Positions 48,241 to 59,524 of a stretch of 64,000 bases of DNA are shown here, piece by piece (the stretch's first letter is position 1; every line of letters starts with the position of its first letter). A program made the translations under genes and the position numbers. The stretch comes from an uncultured Verrucomicrobiae bacterium. Lineage in GTDB: Bacteria; Verrucomicrobiota; Verrucomicrobiia; Limisphaerales; JAFGQR01. The DNA is taken from the NCBI GenBank assembly GCA_963788655.1, contig CAWBHS010000102.1, forward strand, positions 32,001 through 96,000. The letters run 5' to 3'. The notes below the pieces were generated by a model, which worked only from the letters and a program-made list of their open reading frames with translations, was not told where the DNA came from and ran no database searches.

Positions 48241-49713
48241 TTACTCCCGGTATTGAATCAGCACCATGATGCCGGGCCAGTTGACTTCCATCCCGTGGAC
48301 CATCTGGCCGTTGTACTTGGGAGTCATACCAGTCTTCAGGGTGTTCTCTCCGCGCACGAAGACGCTCAAGTCGGCAAAGGGAACCCGGTGAACGAAACAA
48401 GCGTAGCGCGGACCTTCGTGATCGAAAACCTTCTGGCCGTTCACAAATATCCCGTTCATGTAACCGGGACTCCAGCTTGACCAGACCAACTGGGCGGCGA
48501 CGGCTTTCGTCGGATCGCCGGTGAGGTTGAATTTCTCTTCCTTTTCACCACTGCGGGTCACCCATTTCTTGGGAACGTCGTAAGGCTTGCACACTTCCAC
48601 AGCGAACCCAGGACGATGCAGTTTCAGATTGGTCACCGCCTCAGTGAAAAATGTTAGGCCAGTTTCGTCGGTGATGCGGGCGGCAAGTTGGACCGGCTCG
48701 GTTTGATCGGGCACCCAGGAGGTGTCCCAAATCAGTTCGTAAGGCTCCGTCTTCACCGTGCCCAGGTGATTGGTCAGCACGCCACGGAAATAGCGGCAGT
48801 GCCATTGCCGATATTTGCCATCACCTTCCAGATTCACGTCTTCGTAAAGACCGAGGAAGTCCACCCGTTGAATTGGGCCGGCGAGACTCTCAGCGATGGC
48901 CCGCAAGGTCACGCTCCGCCCCGGCATGCTACCGGCCGTCGGAGCGACCATTCGTCCGGTGGGGTGCTGCTTGCGAACCGGATCGTAGTAAATGCGGAAG
49001 TGGACGCCATAGATCAGGTTCTGGGGCCAGTTCCACGGATGCTCCGGACTGACGTGCATTCGAAACGTGTTCCCCTGGCCCGTCTTCAGCTCGGCCAGCG
49101 GAATCGGCACTACGGGAAAAAGGTGATGCTGGTAATCGGATGCAGGTTCAGGAATTTTCGCCGCTTCCGGCACGGCGTGCCAATCGTGATCGTTCACTTG
49201 GATGGCCAATCCGCGCGTGCCATCGTTCTGCCATGCCGGGACTGTTGGCGCGACCTGATAAACTCCCGTCGCGCCTGTTCCCCTTTTGAACCGCCTCAAT
49301 CCGCGAGCGGAACCCGACGATAAGCAATTGTCTCACTGCGAGATGCTTCCCGCTCCGTCGTGAGCCGTGGAATGCAAAACGGTCTTGTTCGTTATGAAAA
49401 TATTGTCGGCCGTGGACGCAATCATGCGACAAAGCACTTTCTCGATGACGATCTCGGCCTTGGTGGCATTCACCAAGTCGAAGTCGTGTGGCAGTTTGAT
49501 GGCCCCCCCGCCATAATCAAGCCGTCCGCCCACCCGCATCGAACCGCCGGCGTCGCCGCCGGCGTTCGTCCATCGGTATTCGCGGAACACATCGCCGGGC
49601 TGGGGTTGAGCTGGCACTTTTCCCCCCAGTCCCAGCCATCCAACCGCAACCAGGAAAACCAGTAAGAAGCAGGGGCGCTCCAGCAGGGGCACGGAGATTT
49701 TGGCTGAGTTCAT
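48241..49713 (-). pseudogene. Secreted hypothetical protein (Ig-like domain) interrupted by a 201-bp insertion
   Basis: ORFs 49333-49713 and 48241-49299 share a frame. Removing 49227-49427 gives one 423-aa ORF reading EKVLC-H-DGTRGLAIQ. Confidence 0.75.
49227..49427. mobile_element. 201-bp insertion with no terminal inverted repeats or target duplication (copy 2)
   Basis: Interrupts a CDS and is homologous to 40367-40525, with 42 extra bp that include the hairpin GGCGCGAC...GTCGCGCC. Confidence 0.65.
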
Positions 49714-49987
49714 TTATCGATGAATGCTACGTTTCTACGTCCGCATTTCAATCAAATTGCCTGTCGTTGTTGACGTATCCATTCCATTGATCAACCGGGA
49801 TATTTCGCGCCCCGCTGCAAGCGCCGACAGACGGCAGCCAGCGAAGCAAAAAGGCGGAGTGCGGACATGGTTTCATCAGGTCCGCCCGCTAACGGCGCCG
49901 GCGACCACGGGTTCAGGCAAGGGCACGGTTAATGGATTTCATCGTAAGTATTGGATTCTTTGAGGTTCACCACCTAGATTCACCCGC

Positions 49988-51109
49988 ATGACATTGCTGG
50001 CATTGCACGAGTTTCATCACGCACTGAACGCCCGATTCACGGAAGTCAACGGCATGGAAGTCGTCAGACACTACGGGGATCCACGGTTGGAATACACCGC
50101 GTTACGCCAAAGTGCCGGAGTTTTGGACCTGAGTTTTCGGGGACGGATCTGCCTCACCGGGGCCGACCGCCAGCGTTTCCTGCACGGCCAGGTGACCAAC
50201 AACATTTTGGATCTGGATACCGGCGAAGGCTGCTATGCTGCCCTAGTGACGGCCAAGGGCAAGATGGAAAGCGATTTGAACGTCTATTGCCTGCCCGAGG
50301 AAATCCTGCTGGATTTCGAGCCGGGACTGACACGGGCAGTGTCTGACCGCTTGAAGAAGTATATCATCGCCGATGACGTGCAGGTGGTCGAGGTGGAACC
50401 GGAGCATGGGTTGTTGAGCGTGCAAGGGCCGCAATCTGCCGCGGTTCTCCAAAGGCTTGGCCTTGACCTGCCGCTGCCATCGCAATTAATGACCGTAACG
50501 CAGACGGCGCAACCCACCCTGGGAGATATCTATTGTATCAACCAGCCGCGCGGGGCCACCCTCGGATTCGATCTCCTGGTGGCGACTCCGGCACTGGCGG
50601 CAGTCGCGGACCGGTTGCTGGCCGCCGCAAAGGCCATCGGCGGATGCGCTGGTGGTTGGGATGCCCTCGAAACGGTGCGCCTCGAAGCCGGCATCCCGCG
50701 ATTCGGCGCGGACATGGACGAAACAAATCTGCCACCGGAAACCGGTATTGAAAAACGGGCCGTCAGTTTCACCAAGGGCTGCTACATCGGGCAGGAGATC
50801 ATCGCGCGGATTCGCACTTACGGTCAGGTGGCCCGGGCGTTGCGCGGCCTGCGCCTGGCGGATACGTTGCACGTATTACCGCGGAAAGGCGACCAGCTCC
50901 GCGTCGGTGACAAGGAAGTTGGCGCCATCACCAGCGCCGTGACCTCGCCCGGACTGAAAGCCAACATTGCCCTCGGTTACGTCCGTCGCGAGCACAATCA
51001 AGTCGGCACCGAGCTTGAGTTGGCGACTTCGGCCGGCCGCAGCCGTGCGCAAATCGTCTCCTTGCCGTTTACCAACGAGGCAGAGGCCGGAAGCAGAATT
51101 GGAAGCTGA
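49988..51109 (+). CDS. ygfZ: Folate-binding YgfZ/GcvT family protein
   Basis: 'FLHGQVTN', 'RLEAGIP', signature 'KGCYIGQE'. Confidence 0.88.
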   Translation: MTLLALHEFHHALNARFTEVNGMEVVRHYGDPRLEYTALRQSAGVLDLSFRGRICLTGADRQRFLHGQVTNNILDLDTGEGCYAALVTAKGKMESDLNVYCLPEEILLDFEPGLTRAVSDRLKKYIIADDVQVVEVEPEHGLLSVQGPQSAAVLQRLGLDLPLPSQLMTVTQTAQPTLGDIYCINQPRGATLGFDLLVATPALAAVADRLLAAAKAIGGCAGGWDALETVRLEAGIPRFGADMDETNLPPETGIEKRAVSFTKGCYIGQEIIARIRTYGQVARALRGLRLADTLHVLPRKGDQLRVGDKEVGAITSAVTSPGLKANIALGYVRREHNQVGTELELATSAGRSRAQIVSLPFTNEAEAGSRIGS

Positions 51110-51159
51110 AATCCAACGTTTCTCTTTGCGCCCCATCCTGGAACTGATCAAGATGCGGC

Positions 51160-51942
51160 ATGATCAGCGACTTAAAACCACCGTGCAAAACCTTCAAAGC
51201 GGATGACTTGGAAGTCCGAATTTACGATCATTCAACCGACTTGGCTCACGCTGCCGCAGACGCTGCCCGGCAGGGTCTGCGACAAATCTTGAGCGAACAG
51301 GAGTCCGCCGCGGTGATTCTGGCCTCGGCCAATTCGCAGCTTGAATTCCTGGAAGCCCTCGTCGCGGCCGGCGGGCCGGACTGGTCGCGAATTACGTGCT
51401 TTCACATGGACGAGTATTTGGGCATCGACGCGTACCATGCTGCCAGTTTCCGGAAGTTTCTGCGCGGGCGCGTGGAACAACGGATCAAACCACGCGCGTT
51501 TCATTTCCTCGCGGGTGATTGCCTGGAGCCGCTCGCGGAGTGCGCGCGCTACACGGAGTTGCTGATGGCGCAGCCCATCGACTTGTGTTGTCTCGGCATC
51601 GGCGAAAACGGGCACGTCGCGTTCAACGACCCGCCCGTGGCCGACTTCACCGATTCGCGCACGGTCAAGTTGGTCAAACTCGATCACGAATGTCGCCAGC
51701 AGCAAGTGGGCGAAGGGCATTTCCCCAATCTCGATGCGGTGCCGCACTATGCCTTCACATTGACCATCCCCGCGCTCTGTTCAGCCAAACGGATGATTTG
51801 CATGGTGCCCGATCAACGCAAGGCCCAGGCGGTCAAAGCCACCCTGCAAGGGCCGGTCAGCACCACCTGCCCGGCGTCCATCTTGCGACAGCAACCGCAC
51901 TGCACATTGTTCCTGGACCGCCCGGCGGCCAGTATGCTGTGA
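51160..51942 (+). CDS. nagB: Glucosamine-6-phosphate deaminase family protein
   Basis: 'FHMDEY', 'LGIGENGHVAFNDP', 'CPASIL'. Confidence 0.85.
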   Translation: MISDLKPPCKTFKADDLEVRIYDHSTDLAHAAADAARQGLRQILSEQESAAVILASANSQLEFLEALVAAGGPDWSRITCFHMDEYLGIDAYHAASFRKFLRGRVEQRIKPRAFHFLAGDCLEPLAECARYTELLMAQPIDLCCLGIGENGHVAFNDPPVADFTDSRTVKLVKLDHECRQQQVGEGHFPNLDAVPHYAFTLTIPALCSAKRMICMVPDQRKAQAVKATLQGPVSTTCPASILRQQPHCTLFLDRPAASML

Positions 51943-51968
51943 CTTCCGCCAGCCCTTCCCAATCTGGC

Positions 51969-52040
51969 GTAGCGGCGCCTCGGCAAGGCGCCACAAACGT
52001 TCTTTGATCAAGAGTGCGGCGCTCTGCCGAGACACCGCAC
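51969..52040. repeat. REP doublet, family A
   Basis: GTAGCGGCGCCTCGGCAAGGCGCC and an inverted GCGGCGCTCTGCCGAGACACCGCAC. Confidence 0.72.
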
Positions 52041-52145
52041 GATTCAGCGCTCGCTGCGAACTCCTCCATCCGGTCTGCCGGCAAAATGCCGGCAGCACGT
52101 TCAGGCTTGTTGATTTGCCTGGGCTGCGATTAACTTGGCTTGGTT

Positions 52146-53763
52146 ATGACCGAAATTAAGAAACCTCGCGTGCGGGTACGGGAAGCCAGTCACAAGGACG
52201 TTCCAGCGTTGGTGGCGCTCAATCGCGCCGCGTATCCCACGCTGGCGGAGGACAATGTGGTGTGGGGCGAATCGCATCTGGCCAGCCATCAGCGAGTTTT
52301 CCCCCGGGGCCAGTTGGTGGCTGAAGTCCGCGGCCGGATCGTGGGGGCCGCCGCTTCGTTGGTCGTAAGCCTGGGATCCGAGTCCCTGCGGTTCCACACG
52401 TGGGCGGGGATTACCGACAGCGGTTATTTCACCAATCACGATCTGCAAGGGGATACCTTGTATGGCGCGGATGTGTATGTGCATCCCGAATGCCGGGGCT
52501 TGGGCATCGGCGCAGGCGCTGTATGAAGCGCGACGCCAATTGTGCCGCCGGTTGAATTTGCGCCGCATTCTCGCCGGCGGCCGGTTGTGGAATTACAGCG
52601 ATTACGTGGACAAGATTCCCCCGAGGAATACGCCCAGCGCGTCGTGGCGGGAGAGCTTCGCGACCTGGTGCTCAGTTTCCAACTCAAGAGGGATTTGTCC
52701 TGCGCGGGGTGATGCCCAATTATCTGCGCGATGCTCGCAGCCGCAATTACGCCAGCCTCATCGAATGGCTGAATCCGGATTACCAGCCACCGCCGACCGG
52801 CGCGCGCAAAGTGCGGGTGGCATGTGTCCAATATCAGATGCGCAAGGTGGCATCCTTTAGCGAGTTCGCCCGGCAGGTGACGTACTTCGTGGACGTGGCT
52901 GCCGATTACCAGTCGGACTTTGTGCTGCTGCCCGAGTTGTTCACGCGTGCAACTCCTGTCGCAGGCTGGACGCCTTGTCACCGCAGGAAGGCATGAAGAA
53001 ACTGGCGGGCTACACCCATCGCTTCAAGAAATTGATGAGCAGCCTGGCGGGCAAATTCGGGGTCACCATCATTGCCGGCAGCCATCCGGTGTTCAAAGAT
53101 GACAAACTGCAAAACATCGCGCACGTCTGTCTGCCGGACGGTAGTATCATCGAACAGCCCAAACTGCACATCACGCCGAACGAACGCAAATGGTGGGGCA
53201 TCAGCGGCGGGCGCTATGTTACGGTGATCGACACCCCGAAAGCCAAGATCGGCGTGTTGATCTGTTACGATGTTGAGTTCCCCGAAGCGGTGCGTTATCT
53301 CGCCGATGAAGGGGTGGAAATTCTGTTCGTACCGTTTTGCACGGACAACCGCCAGGGCTATTTGCGGGTGCGCTACTGCGCGCAGGCGCGGGCCATCGAG
53401 AACCAGATCTACGTGGCACTGGCCGGCAACGTCGGGAACCTGCCGGACGTCACCAACATGGATGTGCAATACGGCCAGGCCGCGGTGTTGACACCCTCCG
53501 ACTTCGCGTTTGCGCGGGACGGCATTGCCGCTGAAGCGGATTCCAACGAAGAAACCGTGTTGGTTTGCGATCTCGATCTCGATGATTTGAACGACTCCCG
53601 CTGTTCGGGCACGGTGACGCCGCGCCTGGATCGCCGTCCCGATCTGTTCCAATTCAACGCCACGTTTCCCGGGGCCGCCAAACCCCAGGCCAATCTGGCC
53701 GACGGCCCGCTGGGTGATCAGCGTCAACTGCCGCCGGATCTGCCGACAGACGATGAATCATAA
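52146..53763 (+). CDS. GNAT acetyltransferase / carbon-nitrogen hydrolase fusion, with frameshifts
   Basis: GNAT: 'FPRGQLV', 'LYGADVYVHPECRGLGIG'. Nitrilase triad: 'LPELF', 'QPKLHITP', 'ICYDVEFPE'. Pieces lie in different frames between 52510 and 52975. Confidence 0.85.
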
Positions 53764-53794
53764 AAAAGCCGCTCCGGTGATCCGGAGCGGATTT
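53762..53794 (-). terminator. Intrinsic terminator between convergent genes
   Basis: CCGCTCCGG-TGAT-CCGGAGCGG stem with an A6 tract on the left, which is the U-tract for ppdK. Confidence 0.75.
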
Positions 53795-53828
53795 GAATGA
53801 TTTCGCGGCGTCCTGCGGGATGCAAATC

Positions 53829-53854
53829 AGGGCGGCGCACCGGCGCCGCCCTAC
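53829..53854 (-). repeat. Single GTAG REP-like palindrome
   Basis: Minus strand GTAGGGCGGCGCCGGTGCGCCGCCCT. Confidence 0.55.
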
Positions 53855-53876
53855 CATAACAGACGCGCGAAGAAGC

Positions 53877-56668
53877 TTAGCGCTTGCCTTTCTTTTTGGC
53901 AGCTTTCTTGGCGGGTTTGGCCGCAACGTCTTCCAAGGCCGCTTGCGCGGCGGCCAGGCGGGCCACCGGCACGCGGAACGGCGAGCAGCTCACGTAGGTG
54001 AGGCCGAGCTCGATGGCAGAACTTCACGGAGTCGGGATCGCCGCCGTGTTCGCCGCAGATGCCGAGCTTGATGTCCGGGACGGGTCTTGCGGCCCTTTTC
54101 GACGGCGATCTTGCATGAGCTGGCCGACGCCGGTCTGGTCGATCGTGGCGAACGGGTTCTTCTTCACGATTTCCGTTCCTGGTAGGCGCGGCAGGAAGGA
54201 GCCGGAGTCGTCGCGGCTCATGCCGAGGCAGGTCTGCGTGAGGTCGTTGGTGCCGAAGCTGAAGAACTCGCGCGGTCTGCGCGATTTCGTCGGCGGTGAG
54301 CGCGCCGCGCGGCACTTCGATCATGGTGCCGACGAGGTAGTTCGAGCTTCACCTTCTTCTCCGCCATGACTTCCTTGGCGACGCGGTGGACGATTTCGAC
54401 CTGGAGATCGAGTTCCTTCTTGAAGCCGACCAGCGGGATCATGATTTCGGGCTTCACCTTGATGCCCTTCTTGCTGCACTTCGGCGGCGGCTTCGAAGAC
54501 GGCGCGGGCCTGCATCTCGGTGATTTCCGGATAGACGATGCCGAGACGGCAGCCGCGGAAGCCGAGCATCGGGTTGAACTCGTGCAGTTCGCTCGACGCG
54601 CTGCATGATCTTCTCGACCGGCACGCCCAGTTTCTCGGCGAGGTCCTTCTGCTGCGCCTTCGTCGTGCGGCAGGAATTCGTGCAGCGGCGGATCGAGGAA
54701 ACGGATGGTCGCCGGGAAGCCTTTCAGCGCCTTGAAGATGCCGACGAAGTCTTCCCGCTGGTACGGCAGCAGCTTGGCCAGCGCCGTCTTCCGGTCCTCG
54801 ACGTTGTCGGCGAGGATCATCTCGCGCATCGCGTCGATGCGGTCGCCTTCGAAGAACATGTGTTCGGTGCGGGTAGAGGCCGATGCCGTTGGCGCCGAAC
54901 GCGACGGCGTTCGCGGTCTGCTCCGGCGTGTCGGCGTTGGTGCGGACCTGCAGCGCGGCTGACCTTGCGAGCACCAGTCCATCAGCTGCTGGAACATCTT
55001 GATAGGTCTCGCTCTTCTTGCGCGGTCAGTGTTGCTCGTCGAGCAACCGTGAATGATCTCGGACGGCGGCGGTCTTGAGCTCGCCGGCATAGACGTTCGC
55101 CGGCGGTGCCGTCGATGGAGAGGAAGTCGCCTTCCTTGAAGGTCTGCGCCGTCCACGGTGACGGTCTTGGTCGTCGTAATCGATCTGCAAGCGCCGCGGC
55201 GCCGCAGACGCAGACCTTGCCCATCTGGCGGGCGACCAGCGCCGCGTGCGAACTGACGCCGCCTTTGGCGGTCAGGATGCCTTCGGCGGCGATCATGCCG
55301 CGCAGGTCTTCGGGCGACGTTTCAATGCGGACGAGGAGCACTTTCTCGCCCTTGGCGGCGGCGGCGTCCGCGCGGTCGGCGTTGAGATAAATCTTGCCGG
55401 AGGCGGCGCCGGGACCGGCGGGCAGACCCTTGGCGATGCACTTGGCGGCTTCTTGACGGCTTCGCGGTCGAAGACGGGCGCGAGCAACTGGTCGAGCTGG
55501 TCGGCCGGGTTACGCGCGTGATGGCGGTCTTCCAGTCGATGAGCTTCTCCTTCACCATGTCGATGGCAGAACTTGAGCGCGGCGAGCGCCGGTGCGCTTG
55601 CCGTTGCGGGTCTGGAGCATGAACACCTTGCCGTCCTGGATGGTGAACTCGAAGTCCTGCACGTCCTTGAAGTGCTTTTCGAGGGTCTTGCGGATGCTTT
55701 CCAGTTCCTTGAAGGCCTTCGGGCATCTGGTTCTTGAGCTGCGCCACGGGTTCGGGCGTGCGCACGCCGGCGACGACGTCTTCGCCCTGGGCGTTGATGA
55801 GGAATTCGCCGTAGAAATCTTTCTCGCCGTTGGCCGGGTTGCGGGTGAACGCGACGCCGGAACCGGAGTTGTCGCCGGTGTTGCCAAAGACCATCGCCTG
55901 CACGTTGACGGCGGTGCCCCACTCGGAGGGGATGTTGTATTTGCGGCGATAGACGATCGCGCGGTCGTTCATCCAGGAACCGAACACGGCGCCGGCGGCG
56001 CCCCAGAGCTGCTTCCACGGATCCTGCGGGAACTCCTTGTCCGGTGCGTTCCTTGATCAGCGCCTTGAAACGGTTCGACCAGCTCCTTGAGGTCATCCGC
56101 GGTCAGTTTGGTGTCCTCGATGTCCGCGTGATAACGCTCGTGCTTGAAGCCGTGGATGACCGTCTTCGAACGGTTCGTGGTCTTCGCCGGCGCGCTTCTG
56201 CACGCCCATGACCACGTCGCCATACATCTGGATGAAGCGGCGGTAGCAGTCCCAGGCGAACCGCTCGTTGTTGGTGGCCTTGGCCAGCGCCAGCACCGTC
56301 TGGTCGTTGAGGCCGAGGTTGAGGATGGTGTCCATCATGCCGGGCATCGAATCGCGCGCGCCGGAGCGGACGGAGACGAGCAGCGGCATGGCCTTCGTGT
56401 CGCCGAACTTCGTGCCCATGATCTTCTCGATGTGCGCGACGCCGGCTTTCATCTGCGCCTCGAGTTCCTTGGGATAGGTCTTCTTGTTGTCGTAGTAGTA
56501 GGTGCAGACCTCGGTGGTGATGGTGAATCCCGGAGGCACGGGCAGGCCGATGCGGGTCATTTCGGCGAGGTTGGCGCCCTTGCCGCCGAGCAGCGGTTTC
56601 ATCGAGCCGTTGCCATCGGCCTTCTTATTTCCGAACAGATAAACGTATTTATTTGATTTTTTGGCCAT
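53877..56668 (-). CDS. ppdK: Pyruvate, phosphate dikinase, with many apparent frameshifts
   Basis: '[11 protein letters not shown]', 'SVRSGA..SMPGMM', '[10 protein letters not shown]', '[12 protein letters not shown]', 'RTEHMF', '[10 protein letters not shown]', 'MIEVPR' and 'GICGEHGG', spread across several frames. Confidence 0.95.
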
Positions 56669-56844
56669 AAAAGTCCGTGCAAGTCATCTTCTGCCGGAGC
56701 GATTCCGGCAAATTGAGGGGCGAGAGTACCAAAGGCGATCAACGTGTCAACGGGAGAGTTGGTGACCGTTTGGGTGGCTGGTGGAAAAATGGGCTGAATT
56801 GACACCAAAGGCCAAAAAACGGCAAACAATTAGCAACGATTGGA

Positions 56845-57116
56845 AATGACCAATGACCAACCCCCAAGGAACAAAGAAGGACCAATACTCAATGACCAAC
56901 GGACCGGCTGCTGGCGTTGCCGCGACTGCGTTTTAGAGTGCGGCAGGCCTCTGCCGTTTTTGAGGGCACGTTGTTATTCGATAGCGGCAGAGGACTACCG
57001 CTCTTCAAAACCTGGCGGCATTGCGCAGGCCTGCGAGTGAAAACATGTCGTCCCGTCAACATTGAAACTTGGGATTTGGCCATTCCATGGTCATTGGTGA
57101 TTGGTCATTGGTCATT
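56845..57116. repeat. Inverted heptamer (AATGACC) repeats enclosing a palindromic element
   Basis: AATGACCAATGACCAA ... GGTCATTGGTGATTGGTCATTGGTCATT, with a nested GAGTGCGGCAGGCCTCTGCCG...GCGGCAGAGGACTACCGCTCT. Confidence 0.6.
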
Positions 57117-57248
57117 GCCAAAAGAACGCTCCCCTTCCCCCATCGTCCCCAAAAATGGCCGGGGAGAGGTCACCCTCTCCCCGGGAACCACCCTTGCGTC
57201 TGTTTTTAGTCCTACTTAAAGGAAACTGTAGCGGGTGGGTGTTGGCGC

Positions 57249-57935
57249 CTAGGCGGCGGCTTCGTGATGCACCCAATGAAAGGCGTGCTGCACCAGTTCG
57301 GTGCTGTTCTTCAAATTCAACTTGCTCTTAATGTACTCGCGGTAGGCTTCCACGGTGCGCACACTCAGGTGCAGTTCGCCGGCAATCTGGCGGGTGCTGC
57401 GCCCTTCGCCAATGAGGCGAAAGACTTCCAGTTCCCGGTCGGTGAGATATTCGATGGGCGAAGTTACCACCTTGGCGCGGCCATTGGCCATTTGCTGGAG
57501 CATCTTGGCCTGCATCTTGTCGCTCAGGTAAATCTCGCCGGTCACCACTTTACGAATGGCCACCAACACCTTTTCCGTAGCTTCCTCCTTCATGATGTAG
57601 CCCCGGCTGCCTGCACGGAGTGCCCGCTCGGCGTAAAGCGATTCATCGTGCATGGACAGCACCAGCATCGGCATGTCCGGGAAGCGGGCTTTGATGTTCT
57701 TGACCAATTCGATGCCGTTGCCGCCTTTGAGCGAAATGTCCACCAGGACGACGTCCGGATTCTGTTCGCACACGGCGGAAAAGGCATTGGGCGAATCCTC
57801 GGCCTGGCCGCAGACGGTCATGTCGGCTTCCAGGTTAATCAGTTGGGCCAAGCCCTGGCGCAGGATGGGATGGTCATCGACCAGCATGACACGAAGCTTG
57901 GGTTTGCGCAGCACAGGATGGGTTTTGTTTTGCAT
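57249..57935 (-). CDS. NarL/LuxR family response regulator
   Basis: 'LVDDHPILRQG', 'LSMHDE', 'LTDRELEVF', 'LHLSVRTVE'. Confidence 0.95.
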   Translation of the reverse strand: MQNKTHPVLRKPKLRVMLVDDHPILRQGLAQLINLEADMTVCGQAEDSPNAFSAVCEQNPDVVLVDISLKGGNGIELVKNIKARFPDMPMLVLSMHDESLYAERALRAGSRGYIMKEEATEKVLVAIRKVVTGEIYLSDKMQAKMLQQMANGRAKVVTSPIEYLTDRELEVFRLIGEGRSTRQIAGELHLSVRTVEAYREYIKSKLNLKNSTELVQHAFHWVHHEAAA

Positions 57936-57954
57936 ACCAACAAACGCTGAAGGT

Positions 57955-59109
57955 TCAGTTTACAGATTGGGTTCGAAATTCGTCCAGTGACTCACGAAAG
58001 CGACAACACACGGAGGTGCTTTTGCCGGGCTGGGATTGGATCTCCAGGGTGCCGCCAATTTTTTGGGCGCGATACGTCATGATGCGCAAGCCGAGTCCCT
58101 TGCGGCCGTTTTGCTCCAGGGAAAATCCCTGGCCATCGTCTAGCAACGTCAACACCATCCAGTCGCCCGCGCGCTTCATTGAAACCGAAATCGTTTTAGC
58201 TTTGCCGTGGCGCACGGAATTGCTGATGGCTTCCTGCGCCAAACGGAACAAATGGAGCGCGGCGTTTTTGTTGGTGATGTCAACGGTTTCGTCGGCCTCA
58301 ACGGTACAGGTGATGTTGTAAATCTGTTGCACCCGGTCGGCCAATTCGCGGAACGCGGGGATGAGCCCGTTGGACTCTAGCTCGACCGGAAACAGCCCCC
58401 GCGCCAGACTGCGCGTTTGCGAGAGCGCCTGCATCACCAACTGGTTGATTTCCCCCGCCTCAGTGGCTTCGGGTAGCGACTGCGCGGCCAGTTTCCGTTC
58501 CAACGCTTTCGCCAAAAAAGTGATGCCGGTCAAATGCTGGCCCAGGCCGTCGTGGAGATCCTGCCCGATGCGCATCTGTTCGCGGTTGCTGATTTCGAGC
58601 AGTTCTTTTTCCAGGTACGTGCGATCGGTAACATCCCGCACCAGTGCAATCACTTGGTCAGTGTCATACACGGCCAAACGGGCTTCAAAATGCCGCACGC
58701 CATTCCGCATCTGCAACTGGTATGACGCAATTTGAGTGTGCCCGGTACGCCCGGCCTTTTCCAGGTAATGCATGGCCTGGAGACTGATTTGCGACGGCAG
58801 TAGCTCGCGAATGGATTTGCCCACCAATCCGTCGCTGGAGAGGAGATAATCGCTGTCGGGCGGGGAATGAAACTCCAGGACGACGCCCTGTTTGGAAACT
58901 ACGAAGATCAATTCCGGAATCGTGTCGAGCAGGGCCTGGCGTTTGCGTTCGCTTTGGTACAGGATGGCTTCCGCCTGCTGGTCCGCCTCGGTGGTGGTCG
59001 GCGATGGGCGATACACTTCCGTCTGAGTCGGCGCGGACAGTCTTAAGGTCCGCCCCGCCGCGGAACGGCTGATCAACTTGGTCGTGTTTGAAGCCATTGT
59101 CGCTTGCAT
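57955..59109 (-). CDS. PAS sensor histidine kinase (HisKA_3 type)
   Basis: 'RIGQDLHDGLGQHL', 'QEAISNSVRHG', 'DDGQG', 'GLGLRIM'. The start codon is uncertain. Confidence 0.92.
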   Translation of the reverse strand: MQATMASNTTKLISRSAAGRTLRLSAPTQTEVYRPSPTTTEADQQAEAILYQSERKRQALLDTIPELIFVVSKQGVVLEFHSPPDSDYLLSSDGLVGKSIRELLPSQISLQAMHYLEKAGRTGHTQIASYQLQMRNGVRHFEARLAVYDTDQVIALVRDVTDRTYLEKELLEISNREQMRIGQDLHDGLGQHLTGITFLAKALERKLAAQSLPEATEAGEINQLVMQALSQTRSLARGLFPVELESNGLIPAFRELADRVQQIYNITCTVEADETVDITNKNAALHLFRLAQEAISNSVRHGKAKTISVSMKRAGDWMVLTLLDDGQGFSLEQNGRKGLGLRIMTYRAQKIGGTLEIQSQPGKSTSVCCRFRESLDEFRTQSVN

Positions 59110-59349
59110 TGTTGCGCCGCATTCGTCGCGAACGCTCGTTACCATTCCCAATCGGTTTTTTCAGTAGGACACTTAACCTCGAGATTTCGCAACCACCGTC
59201 TCCGCCGACTGACGCAGGCGGCCCCCGATGCATCCAAGCGCACTCCAGTTCATGCTCCCCAAACACCCAATTGCTCCTTCCCTTTCCTCCCGTGGCCCCG
59301 GAGTGGGGGGATGGGAAGTTCGCGCCCTTCAGGAACGGCTCTTCCCCGG

Positions 59350-59495
59350 TCGCGCCAGCGTTTGGAGGGAGTTCGGTTTGCCGGCGCTTTCGCGTGGAGA
59401 ATAACCTTCCAGTTCGTACGCACGTTGTAATTGTCTTGGCTCGCCCCACGTCAAACGAAAGCGGGACAGGAGCGAATCCTGTCCCGCGCATTTGG
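59350..59495. repeat. Family C element, copy 2 (modified right end forms a strong hairpin)
   Basis: TCGCGCCAGCGTTTGGAG...GCCGGCGCTTTCG...AAACGAAAGCGGGACAGGAGCGAATCCTGTCCCGC. Confidence 0.7.
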
Positions 59496-59524
59496 AGAAC
59501 GTTTTCCTAATCAGAGCTGCCGCT

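Noticed and set aside
40392..49428. 135-bp repeat pair as a DGR template/variable repeat
   Set aside because: The four mismatches are not confined to adenines of one copy on either strand, no reverse transcriptase is present, and neither copy lies at a gene's 3' end.
53877..56668. ppdK as a true pseudogene
   Set aside because: The catalytic motifs checked are intact and only indels were seen; real decay would also erode the sequence.
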